NCBI GenBank assembly: GCA_963752475.1
Contig: CAVVYR010000006.1
Coordinates: 799,074-863,073 of the forward strand
Reading direction: 5' to 3'
Length of the DNA: 64,000 nucleotides
DNA from: an uncultured Chloroflexia bacterium
Lineage (GTDB): Bacteria > Chloroflexota > Limnocylindria > Limnocylindrales > CSP1-4
Shown: piece after piece, positions 36,885 to 45,947 of the stretch
How positions within the stretch are numbered: the stretch's first letter is position 1
Layout: the number at the start of each line of letters is the position of its first letter
Notes under the pieces: model-generated
What the model was told of the DNA's origin: nothing
The model's input: only the letters and a program-made list of their open reading frames with translations
Databases searched by the model: none
Program-made: the position numbers and the translations under genes

Positions 36885-37900
36885 GCGCCGTCCAGGGGTC
36901 TGTGCCATTCCGAGATCGACCGATCGACCTCGTAGCGATGGCGTTGATAGAGGGTCAATGCCTGGTTCTCGTTCTGTGAGTCGACACCCAGCTGCGCTGA
37001 GGTCATGCCGCGTTCCTTCAACTGCTGCAGCGAGCGGCCCAGGAGGGCGTAGGCCAGACCTTTGCGGCGCCAGGCCTGACGGGTGAAGACCGGGTCGGTC
37101 CAGCCGCAGAGGTAGCCGTTGGCCTCGTTCTCGTCGGGGTCGATGGCACCTTGCACGCCGGCCACGGCCTCGTCGCCGTCGAACGCGACGACCAGCAGCT
37201 CCGGCTCCATCAGCGGATCGTCCAGCCATCGTTGGCGAGCCGCATCCGAGAAGTCGTGCCCGCCGAAGTGATCACGAAACGCTTCGGCCGCGGCCTCCCA
37301 TACCTGCGACAGCATCTCGCGGGACACGGGCCGAACCTCGATCCCGTCAGGCAGCGACGGCACGTCGATGTCTTCCATGTCTGGCCGGGTCATGTGGTGG
37401 TACACCCTGACCTTCCGATAACCGCGCCGCCTGGCCAGCTCGATACCCCCGACGTTGAGGTCATCCAGCAGGGTGATGAGCTTGCGCGGCCCATCGAAAG
37501 CCTGGCGGGCCGCAAGGTCGACGAGCGACTGCTCGCTCGCCGCCATCAGGGCCGTGCCCAGCCCTTGGCGTGCGAAGTCGGGATGCAGGTTGCCCATGCT
37601 TCGGTAGTGGCGTTCGCCATCGGTCGTGTCCGAGTATTCGATCGAGGAGTACACCGCGAGCCGGTCACCGACGAAGCCGAGCAGCATCCCTTCAGTGGGC
37701 GGGATGTGTGTCGGGGAGCGGAACTCGGTGCGCATCATCTCTACGCTCCAGCGTTCCTTCTCACCGTTGGCTTCGTTGAAGGCGTTGGCGACCTCGGCCA
37801 TGGCCGGGATGTCGGTCTCGTCAGCGTAGAAGCGGAACCGAAGCCCGGGGATCCTTGGTGCGTGAGCGATCTCCACCCACTCGTGCGCGGTCGTGGTCAT
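36881..37900 (-). CDS. Tandem-GNAT acetyltransferase, paralog 1
   Basis: LHPDFARQGLG, FTRQAWRRKGLA, LGVDSQN. Confidence 0.9.
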   Translation of the reverse strand: MTTTAHEWVEIAHAPRIPGLRFRFYADETDIPAMAEVANAFNEANGEKERWSVEMMRTEFRSPTHIPPTEGMLLGFVGDRLAVYSSIEYSDTTDGERHYRSMGNLHPDFARQGLGTALMAASEQSLVDLAARQAFDGPRKLITLLDDLNVGGIELARRRGYRKVRVYHHMTRPDMEDIDVPSLPDGIEVRPVSREMLSQVWEAAAEAFRDHFGGHDFSDAARQRWLDDPLMEPELLVVAFDGDEAVAGVQGAIDPDENEANGYLCGWTDPVFTRQAWRRKGLAYALLGRSLQQLKERGMTSAQLGVDSQNENQALTLYQRHRYEVDRSISEWHRPLDGA

Positions 37901-37904
37901 GCGA

Positions 37905-39005
37905 CTAGTAGTCCTTCTTGCCTTGTCGTCTCAGGTTCTTCTTGTGCTGCTTGAAGAACTTGCCTCGTTTGCGGTCAGCCTCGCGGCGGGCACGTTGGTC
38001 TGCACGGACCTCGGCGGCGTGGCGTTCGGCCTCGAGCTTGTGGTGGCTGGCGAGCCGCTCGGGTGAGAGCGTGCCGGACTCCAGCGCGGCAGCCACGGCG
38101 CAGCCAGGCTCGCCCTCGTGGCGACAGTCGGAGAAGCGGCACTGGCGTGCCAGGCTCTCGACCTCGTCGAACGTGGCCTCGACCGAGTCGCTCTCGCCCA
38201 GCACGCCGACGGTGCGCAGTCCCGGGGTGTCGATGAGCAGCCCACCATGAGGAACGGCGAACAGCTCGCGATGCGAGGTCGTATGGCGGCCCTTGCTGTC
38301 GTCCTCGCGCAGTGCCTTGGTCGCCTGTCGTTCGTCGCCCAGGAGGGCATTGGTGATGGTCGATTTGCCGACGCCGGAGGATCCCAGCAGGCAGGCCGTC
38401 GAGCCGCGATCGAGATACGCGCGCAGCTCATCGATACCGGTGCCGTCGATGGCACTGGTGACCACCACACGGGTGCCGGCGGCGACCGCGTGCACCTCGC
38501 TGACGGCTCGAGTGAGGTCGAGTGCGATGTCGACCTTGTTGAGCACGACGACGGGGCTGACGCCGCCATCGAGCGCAAGCACAAGGTAGCGCTCGATGCG
38601 TCGCAGGTTGAGGTCATCGTCGAGGCCGGAGACGAGGAATGCGGTGTCGACGTTGGCGGCCAGCACCTGGGGCTGCCCATCGCTGAGCCGTTGTCGCACG
38701 AAGGAGCTGCTGCGAGGTAGGACTTCGCGGAGGGCCGCCTGTCGCGGGGTCTCCGACACCGGCTCCAGCGCCAGCCAGTCGCCGACCGCAGGCATGTCCT
38801 CACGAGTGCCGGCTTCGCGGGCGAAACGGCGCTGGACGACCAGCTGCGTGGGACCAGCCTCGGTGATGGCGAGGCCGTCGCCGAGGCTGCTAACGAGGCG
38901 GCCAGGCAGCAGGCCGGCGGCCGTGTGCGGGGCGAAGCCCATGGCACGGTCCGCCGACCATCCCAGCTGGCCGAAGGCGAGGGCAGTGCTGGCGGTAGCC
39001 CCCAT
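37905..39005 (-). CDS. rsgA: Ribosome small subunit-dependent GTPase A
   Basis: VGDW, NKVD, GSSGVGKS, GRHTT, DTPG, CRFSDCRH..EPGC. Confidence 0.95.
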   Translation of the reverse strand: MGATASTALAFGQLGWSADRAMGFAPHTAAGLLPGRLVSSLGDGLAITEAGPTQLVVQRRFAREAGTREDMPAVGDWLALEPVSETPRQAALREVLPRSSSFVRQRLSDGQPQVLAANVDTAFLVSGLDDDLNLRRIERYLVLALDGGVSPVVVLNKVDIALDLTRAVSEVHAVAAGTRVVVTSAIDGTGIDELRAYLDRGSTACLLGSSGVGKSTITNALLGDERQATKALREDDSKGRHTTSHRELFAVPHGGLLIDTPGLRTVGVLGESDSVEATFDEVESLARQCRFSDCRHEGEPGCAVAAALESGTLSPERLASHHKLEAERHAAEVRADQRARREADRKRGKFFKQHKKNLRRQGKKDY

Positions 39006-39811
39006 CAGCCGGCCCTCTTGAGCTTGCCGGTGCGCTTGGCGTAGGCCTCGGCCTTGCCGAAGGTCCAGATCCCCAGCGGGATGAACACGACGGCCATGAT
39101 CAGCAGGGGCCAGAGCAGGTCCAGGAGCTCGCTGATGGGTGTGCCGTAGATCAGCCCCTGGCGCATGGCTTCGAGGACGTAGGTCGCGGGCGACAGATGC
39201 GCCAGCAGTTGCATCCACTCAGGCAGGACCTCGACGCTGTAGTAGACGCCGCTCACGAGGAGCAGTACCGACTGGAACACGAAGGTCATCTGTGCGCCTC
39301 GTTCCACATACATCAGGGGCAGGATGGCAGCCATCATGCCGATACCGATGAACGAGAGCGAGCCGACCGCGAGGAAGACGATGGGCGCGACCGGGTCGGC
39401 CTTGGTGAAGTCCAGCCCGAAGAAGACCGCCAGCACGATGAGCATCACGAAGGTGTGCACGAGCCCGTAGAGAACGGCGTACATCGTGCTGCCGAGCAGC
39501 TGGGCCCAGCGTCGGACCGGGGCCATGAAGGTGTATTCGAGCGTCCCTTCCCAGCGTTCCCAGGCGACCGTCTCGGCGATGAAGCCGAAGACGATCGAGA
39601 GGAAGTTCCAGAAGACCGCACCGACCATCAGGGTCAGCACGAGGGTCTGGTCGCCCTGGTCGACGCCGATGAAGGCGATGGCCAGGGCGCTGGCGGTGGC
39701 ATAGACCAGCCACGCGATCTCCCAGCCCCAGTAGCGCTTGGTCAGGAAGAAGTTGCGCTCGATGAAGGCGTAGCTCGCGACGAGCTCGCGTGTCAGCAGT
39801 GCCACGGGCAC
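39005..39811 (-). CDS. ABC-2 type transporter permease
   Basis: Six hydrophobic segments, ERWEGTLE, SGVYY.V..LP. Confidence 0.9.
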   Translation of the reverse strand: MPVALLTRELVASYAFIERNFFLTKRYWGWEIAWLVYATASALAIAFIGVDQGDQTLVLTLMVGAVFWNFLSIVFGFIAETVAWERWEGTLEYTFMAPVRRWAQLLGSTMYAVLYGLVHTFVMLIVLAVFFGLDFTKADPVAPIVFLAVGSLSFIGIGMMAAILPLMYVERGAQMTFVFQSVLLLVSGVYYSVEVLPEWMQLLAHLSPATYVLEAMRQGLIYGTPISELLDLLWPLLIMAVVFIPLGIWTFGKAEAYAKRTGKLKRAG

Positions 39812-39933
39812 TCGACCTCTCTTTCAAGCGGGTGTCGGATGGAGTGTTGGTAGGGCCGCCGCCTGCGAGGCAGGCGCTTGGGTGGGGCGTGACGGTGCTC
39901 ACCGCCACGACGGTGGAGCGGATTACGCATGGT

Positions 39934-40845
39934 TCAGTCGTTCTCCTCGTCCTCGACGTCGTCGAGGGATCGCCCGGTCCAGGTCATGAAGACCGATTCG
40001 AGCGTGGGCGGAAGGTCGTGTTCGATCGCGACCTTGTGTTTCAGTTCATCGGGTGTGCCTTCGACCACGAGCCGGCCTCGATCCAGGATCGAGAGTCGGT
40101 CACAGAGGCGTTCGGCCTCGGCGAGGTCGTGTGTCGTCAGCAGGATGGTGGCGTCAGAGGTGGCCTTGATCTCCTCGATGAAGGCCTGAACATCAAGCTT
40201 GCTGCGCGGGTCCAGACCCGTCGTCGGCTCGTCGAGCAGCAGCAGTGTGGGGCTGGTGAGGATGGCCCTCGCGATGGCCACCTTCTGCTGCATGCCGCGG
40301 CTCATCTGCTCGAGCGGGCTGCCTAGGCGCGACTTGGCGATGCCAAGACGTGCCAGGATCCGTTCCGCTTCCCGCTGAGCTTCGCTGGCCTTGAGGCCGT
40401 AGAGCCGAGCGGCGTAGAGCAGGTTCTCGTGGGGCGAGAGCTTCTTGAAGAAGGCCGCGTCCACCGAGACCCGGTTGATGAGGCGCTTCACCGCCATCTC
40501 GTCACGCTCGACGTCGTGGCCGAAGACCTCGACGCGTCCGGTGTCGAGGGTCAGCAGCGTGCTGACCAGGCGGATGAGCGTGGATTTGCCACCACCGTTG
40601 GCTCCAAGGATGCCGTAGACCTCGCCGCGCTCCACCCGGAGCGAGACGTCGTCGACGGCGGTGACGGTGGCCTTCTTGCGGCCGAGCTTGAAGCGCTTGG
40701 TGACATGGTCGATGAGCAGCGCGGTCGTGCCGTCCGCCCAGGGACGGGCCGCTGGCTGCATCGGCTGCTCCGTTGACGGTGCGACGGGCAGCGGGGGGCG
40801 GGGAGGGGTCATCGAAGGGCGAAGTTCGGTGTCGATGGCCATCAT
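39934..40845 (-). CDS. ABC transporter ATP-binding protein (DrrA-like)
   Basis: GANGGGKST, MSRGMQQK, LLLDEPTTGLD, TTH. Confidence 0.93.
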   Translation of the reverse strand: MMAIDTELRPSMTPPRPPLPVAPSTEQPMQPAARPWADGTTALLIDHVTKRFKLGRKKATVTAVDDVSLRVERGEVYGILGANGGGKSTLIRLVSTLLTLDTGRVEVFGHDVERDEMAVKRLINRVSVDAAFFKKLSPHENLLYAARLYGLKASEAQREAERILARLGIAKSRLGSPLEQMSRGMQQKVAIARAILTSPTLLLLDEPTTGLDPRSKLDVQAFIEEIKATSDATILLTTHDLAEAERLCDRLSILDRGRLVVEGTPDELKHKVAIEHDLPPTLESVFMTWTGRSLDDVEDEEND

Positions 40846-40942
40846 TCACCTCCGGGGTAGCTGTCGAGGAACGTGGACGGGCCTGCTTCCTGTGGGAAGC
40901 GCGGGAGTCCTGGCTCTCGATGCCTGGCGTGAAGAGGGCATC

Positions 40943-40975
40943 AAAAAAGCCGGGGGCCCATCCGACCCTCCGGCT
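40943..40975 (-). terminator. Intrinsic terminator in the 5' leader of the ABC operon (attenuator)
   Basis: Minus strand AGCCGGAGGGTC-ggatg-GGCCCCCGGCT-TTTTT, about 100 nt upstream of the start codon. Confidence 0.8.
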
Positions 40976-41006
40976 CGATCGACTGGCGCTCAGGCGCCTG
41001 GTGGAT

Positions 41007-41102
41007 CTACGAAGGGCACGGATCTCCCGCATCCGCGGTGCCGACGGGCACACGCGTCCGCTGCCGGGAAGCAGCGAAGCTGGTGAGCAGGATGCTTGTC
41101 AT
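41007..41102 (-). CDS. Putative 31-aa leader peptide MTSILLTSFAASRQRTRVPVGTADAGDPCPS
   Basis: Upstream CAGGAG; the stop lies about 30 nt before the terminator. Confidence 0.5.
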   Translation of the reverse strand: MTSILLTSFAASRQRTRVPVGTADAGDPCPS

Positions 41103-41217
41103 CTGACTGCGAATCTCCTGTGCGGGATCCAGTGCGGACGGCCTGGTGAGCGGTGGCCGTCGAGAAAGATACACCCACTGTCAACCTCGGTCGCTCGAGT
41201 TGGCGGATACTTCATCG

Positions 41218-41964
41218 GTGACTCGCTCCAAGACGCTTCAGTCCCTGCACGACGGCACGCTCGATGCCCGCACCCTGGCGTTGCTGTGGCTGCTGAGCGA
41301 GGGTGGTGTGCCCCTGATGGTGACCGGACCGGCGTCGACCGAAGCGAGACGGAGGCTGGCCGCTGGCCTCCTTGCGTTCCAGCCGGATCGCCCCTGGGTC
41401 GTGCTCGACGCGGACGAGGAACCGGCGACCCCTGAGCGTCTGTCGGCCCTGCTGCGTGGTGATGCCCGCGTGGGCATCACCCTGGCGGCCGACGATCTCG
41501 AGGCGTTGTTCGAGCACCTCGCGGTCCAGGGCCTGCCAGAGGACGCGGTTCGGAAGCTGGGCGTGGTCGTCGTGGCCGAGGAGACGGCCAGTGGCCTGCG
41601 CTGCACGGTCGTGCACTACCTGCGACCGACCGAGCGGGATGCGCAAGGACACCTGCAAAGACGCCCACCCGCGGTGCTCGCAGCGTGGGACGAAGGCGCG
41701 GACACCTTCGAGGACTACGCTTGGGGCATCACCCCGGAGTTGGCCGATCGGGTAGACCGCTCACAGGCTGACCTCGAGGAACGGCAAGCAGATCGGGCCC
41801 GCTTCCTGGCGGGCCTGACCGTGGATGACGCGTATGCCGAACGCGTCGCGGCTTACCTTGCCACCGAGCCGCCGCGCGTGCCGGCTCCAGAGCATGAGGA
41901 GGCCAAGCCGTCGCCGTTCTCAGGCGGCCTCACCGACCCCGATCCCGACCCGCATCGGCACTAG
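41218..41964 (+). CDS. Hypothetical protein resembling a degenerate VirB11/CpaF-type ATPase
   Basis: GTLDARTLALLWLL..GVPLMVTGP, but no GKT; C-terminal RRPPAVLAAWD. Confidence 0.6.
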   Translation: MTRSKTLQSLHDGTLDARTLALLWLLSEGGVPLMVTGPASTEARRRLAAGLLAFQPDRPWVVLDADEEPATPERLSALLRGDARVGITLAADDLEALFEHLAVQGLPEDAVRKLGVVVVAEETASGLRCTVVHYLRPTERDAQGHLQRRPPAVLAAWDEGADTFEDYAWGITPELADRVDRSQADLEERQADRARFLAGLTVDDAYAERVAAYLATEPPRVPAPEHEEAKPSPFSGGLTDPDPDPHRH

Positions 41965-43169
41965 GGCCCGAACGGACGCGCGAAGGAGAGGGCCTGGTTG
42001 CCTTGGGCATCGAGGAATGCGAGCCGATCGGTACCGCGCTCGATCACGACCGAGCGACGGAGGCCGCTGATGAGCGCCCGCTCCGTCCGCAGCTCGGAGC
42101 AGTCTTCGTCGCGAGCGCCCCGGGCCTCTGCGAAGGTGACGAAGATCCCGTCGGTGACGTAGGCCGCGGCATAGGGTCCGCACGGCCCCTCGCCGCTGGC
42201 GACCCCATCCGCGAGGCGCAGCGTGATCCGTTGACCACCGATGCTGCCATCGGCGGCGGTGCGCTCGAGCCACCAGGTCGTGCCCTCGACCGGCGTCTGG
42301 CTCACGAACTCCAGCCGCTCATCGGTATCGGTAGAGGTGAGGACCAGGCGGTCGGCCGGCAGGTCGAGCCGGATGGCGGTGGCACCGAGGACGGCGGTCA
42401 TGGCTGCCTCCTGGGCTGCGAGCTCGTCGGTGCAGGGAGCGTCGGTGAGGGTGAGCTCGCTCAGACTGAGGACATCGGCGTGTCGGGAGAACTCGGCCAC
42501 GATAGCGTTGCAGCCGGACGTTCCAGAGAGTGGACCCGACTGGCGGCGCTTGTAGAAGGCGTCGGCGTTCGGCTGGAAGGAGAGCAGCCCCGGCATCTCC
42601 TCGGACGAGGGCACGGCCCGACCGTCGACGGTATATGACTCGAGCCGCCACTCGGGCCCTTCGAGCAACGTCAGGTCATCGACGGCGTAGCGCAGTACCT
42701 CTTCACCGGTGACCGAGTAGATCACGAGCTGGTCGTCGAGCTCGGTGGCGCTGGCCTCGATGTCGTAGGCCGCGGCCCTCCTGAGCCCGCCTTCGACCGC
42801 CTGCTGGACCAGGGCCTGGTTCTCCGCGCAGGCGCGTTCGTCGAGCTGCTTGAGTCGGACCCGCAGGGCCGCCCCGTTGACGCCGTACTCACCCTCGATC
42901 CTGGAGCACCCGCCTGAGCCGACGTGGAAGCGAGGGCCGAACTCGATGAACGCCGCCACCTCCGGGCCGGGCACAGCCTCCCGGCCGCGATCCACATAGC
43001 TCACCAGCCGCCAGGGTGTGCCCTGCAGTGGAAGACGCCCATCGGGTTGACGGGCGAGGGGAGCCGGCGCTGTGCCACGGTCGACATCGGCCTGCGCAGC
43101 GGTGGCCGCTGGTATCGCCAGCAACGAGACGGCCAGGCAGGCCGCCGCGAGGGTTCGTAGGGCGCGCAT
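41961..43169 (-). CDS. Secreted META (HslJ-like) domain protein, three domains
   Basis: Signal peptide; L.GT.W.L...GxxGCN/CS/CG...AC repeated three times. Confidence 0.8.
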   Translation of the reverse strand: MRALRTLAAACLAVSLLAIPAATAAQADVDRGTAPAPLARQPDGRLPLQGTPWRLVSYVDRGREAVPGPEVAAFIEFGPRFHVGSGGCSRIEGEYGVNGAALRVRLKQLDERACAENQALVQQAVEGGLRRAAAYDIEASATELDDQLVIYSVTGEEVLRYAVDDLTLLEGPEWRLESYTVDGRAVPSSEEMPGLLSFQPNADAFYKRRQSGPLSGTSGCNAIVAEFSRHADVLSLSELTLTDAPCTDELAAQEAAMTAVLGATAIRLDLPADRLVLTSTDTDERLEFVSQTPVEGTTWWLERTAADGSIGGQRITLRLADGVASGEGPCGPYAAAYVTDGIFVTFAEARGARDEDCSELRTERALISGLRRSVVIERGTDRLAFLDAQGNQALSFARPFGP

Positions 43170-43339
43170 CGTGCTTGCAGTATCCGCCCGTCCGGAAAGA
43201 CGTGCCTGCGGCGTACGCCTTCGTGACCGCTGTACCGACCTTGGCGGGCCGACGGGCACGGGTGAGACCTGGTGCCTGGTAGTAGCATCGAACGCAGAAA
43301 GCACACTTGCGTCTGCCCGACGCCCACCGGAGGTTCCCT

Positions 43340-44734
43340 ATGACCGCCCCTCGTGTCGCCGCGTCCGTCGGCGAGCTCGTCTCCTACCTCGAAGGCATCT
43401 GCCACATCGAGGGCGAGCGTGTCGTCATCGACGACGTCGAGGCCTTCCGCAGCACCGCCATCAAGGATATCGCCTGGAGCGCCACCTTCAGCCAGAGCGA
43501 AGAGGTCGTCGAGGCCGCCCGCTGGATCGTTTGGGAAGCGTCCCAGGAGCTCGGCTGCCGTTCCGCCAGCATCCACGAGCTGTACATGGCCCGCAGCCGC
43601 GACGAGTACAGCGGCTGGTCCGAGCCCGCCATCAACCTGCGTACGCAGGTCTTCGACATGGCCGCGGCCGGCTGCCGCGCCGCCATGGAGCTCGGCGCCG
43701 GCTCGCCCATCTGGGAACTGGCCCGTTCGGAGCAGGCCTACACCTTCCAGCGCCCCGGTGAGTACATCACCAGCGTCCTCGCGGGCGCCATCCACGCCGG
43801 CTGGGAAGGCCCCGTCTTCGTCCAGGGCGACCACTACCAGTGGAACGCCAAGAACTACGCCAAGGACCCCGATCAGGTCACTGACGCCCTGCACAAGGCG
43901 ACCCTGAACGCCATGTCCGTCGGCTACGGCAACATCGACATCGACTCCTCCACCCTCGTCGATCTCTCATACGACTCGCTCGACGAGCAGCAGAAGGAGA
44001 ACTACACGCGCGCCGCGGAGCTGGCCGCGCTCATCCGTGAGAACGAGGAGTTGACCATCTCCATCGGCGGTGAGATCGGAGAGGTGGGCAAGGACAACTC
44101 CACCCCCGACGAACTGCGCGCCTATCTCGACGGCTTCAACAAGGACTTCGCGGCGCGCGCGGGCGCGGATGCCATCGGCCTCTCCAAGGTCAGCGTCCAG
44201 ACCGGCACCAGCCACGGTGGCGTGCCCACCGCGGACGGCAAGGTCGCCGAGGTGGCTCTCGACTTCGACGTCCTGCGTGAGCTGGGCGTCGTGGCCCGCG
44301 AGTACGGCCTCGCCGGCGCGGTCCAGCACGGCGCCTCCACGCTCCCCGACGAGCTCTTCCACAAGTTCCCGGAGGCTGAGACGGCCGAGGTCCACCTGGC
44401 CACGGGCTTCCAGAACTTCCTCTACGAGCACGCGCTCTTCCCGGCCGAGCTGTATGAGAAGGTCGTCGAGTTCTGCAACACCGAGTGCGCCGACGAGCGC
44501 TCCGAGGGTCAGACGGACGTCCAGTTCGTGTACAAGACCCGCAAGAAGGCCCTTGGCCCCATCAAGCGCGACCTCTGGGATCTCGACGTGAAGGACCAGA
44601 TCATCGCCGACCAGGGGGCCAAGATGAAGTTCATCTTCGAGCAGCTGGGCATCTCCGGCAACAAGGCCACCGTCGAGAAGTTCGTGACCGCGCCCGAGCG
44701 CCACAAGCCGCTTCCGGCGAGCCTCAAGGCGTAG
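43340..44734 (+). CDS. Class II fructose/tagatose-bisphosphate aldolase family protein
   Basis: QGDH, IDIDSS, GEIGEVG, GTSHGG, VQHGASTLP, HLATGFQ; strong codon bias. Confidence 0.85.
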   Translation: MTAPRVAASVGELVSYLEGICHIEGERVVIDDVEAFRSTAIKDIAWSATFSQSEEVVEAARWIVWEASQELGCRSASIHELYMARSRDEYSGWSEPAINLRTQVFDMAAAGCRAAMELGAGSPIWELARSEQAYTFQRPGEYITSVLAGAIHAGWEGPVFVQGDHYQWNAKNYAKDPDQVTDALHKATLNAMSVGYGNIDIDSSTLVDLSYDSLDEQQKENYTRAAELAALIRENEELTISIGGEIGEVGKDNSTPDELRAYLDGFNKDFAARAGADAIGLSKVSVQTGTSHGGVPTADGKVAEVALDFDVLRELGVVAREYGLAGAVQHGASTLPDELFHKFPEAETAEVHLATGFQNFLYEHALFPAELYEKVVEFCNTECADERSEGQTDVQFVYKTRKKALGPIKRDLWDLDVKDQIIADQGAKMKFIFEQLGISGNKATVEKFVTAPERHKPLPASLKA

Positions 44735-44876
44735 ATCACGCTTCCGCGTTAGCATCCGAAGCAACACGCGCCCTCGCGGCGCGATGTCGAGCAGCTTCGA
44801 CGCCGGGACTCCCACGGGTCCCGGCGTCGATCTTCGTCCGGGCGGTCAATCCCGACTTCACAGGTAAGATATCGAC

Positions 44877-45947
44877 ATGCTCAGCGACACCACCATCACC
44901 GAGGCCCTTCGGAACGTCCAGGATCCGGAGCTCCATCGAGACATCGTGAGCCTGGACATGGTCAAGGAGATCCACATCGACGGCACGCAGGTGGCGTTGA
45001 AGATCGACCTGACCACACCCGCCTGTCCGCTCAAGGACCAGATCGGCGCCGACATCGAGAGCCAGGTCAAGGAGCTTGGCGCGACGGACGTGTCGATCGA
45101 ATGGGGTGCCATGGTCCGTCGTGCGGTCCCAGGCCAGCAGCAGGAGAACCTGGTCCCGGGTGTCAAGAACATCATCGCCGTGGCCTCAGGCAAGGGCGGC
45201 GTCGGCAAGAGCAGCGTGTCCGTCAACCTGGCCACGTCGCTGGCGCTCGAGGGTGCCACCGTGGGCCTGCTCGACGCGGACATCACCGGTCCCAACATCC
45301 CGCAGATGATGGGTGTCGAAGGCCAGCCGTCTGCCACACCAGAAGGCAAGATCAAGCCGCTCGAGCGCTACGGCGTGAAGGTCATCTCCATCCAGTTCTT
45401 CGTGCCCCAAGGCCAGCCCATCGTGTGGCGAGGCCCGCTCGTGGGAGGCGCCATCCAGCAGTTCTTGCGCGATGTCGACTGGGGCGAGCTCGACTACCTC
45501 GTGGTCGACATGCCGCCCGGCACATCCGATGCTCAGCTGACGCTGGCGCAGTCGGTGCCCGTCACCGGCTCCGTGCTGGTCACCACGCCACAGGACGTGG
45601 CGCTTTCGGACGTGGAGAAGGCCATGAACATGTTCGAGCGCATGTCCGTGCCCATCCTCGGGGTGGTCGAGAACATGAGCGCGTTCATCTGTCCGCACTG
45701 CGGCGAGCCCTCCGAGATCTTCGGCCGCGGCGGTGCCGAGCGCTTCGCCAAGACCCATGACCTGCACTATTTCGGGGGTATCCCCTTGGACATGAAGGTG
45801 CGCCAGGGCGGTGACGCTGGTGTGCCGGCTGTCGCTCAGCGCGAGCCCGGCGTGGCCGCGGAGGTCATGCGCGAGGTCGCGCGTGCCGTCGCCGGCAGGG
45901 TCAGCGTGCAGGCCAGCGCCGAGGCGCCGACGCTCACCATCACCTGA
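44877..45947 (+). CDS. mrp: Mrp/NBP35 Fe-S cluster carrier ATPase
   Basis: DPEL, TTPACP, SGKGGVGKS, WRGP, DMPPGTSD, ENMS.F.CPHC. Confidence 0.95.
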   Translation: MLSDTTITEALRNVQDPELHRDIVSLDMVKEIHIDGTQVALKIDLTTPACPLKDQIGADIESQVKELGATDVSIEWGAMVRRAVPGQQQENLVPGVKNIIAVASGKGGVGKSSVSVNLATSLALEGATVGLLDADITGPNIPQMMGVEGQPSATPEGKIKPLERYGVKVISIQFFVPQGQPIVWRGPLVGGAIQQFLRDVDWGELDYLVVDMPPGTSDAQLTLAQSVPVTGSVLVTTPQDVALSDVEKAMNMFERMSVPILGVVENMSAFICPHCGEPSEIFGRGGAERFAKTHDLHYFGGIPLDMKVRQGGDAGVPAVAQREPGVAAEVMREVARAVAGRVSVQASAEAPTLTIT

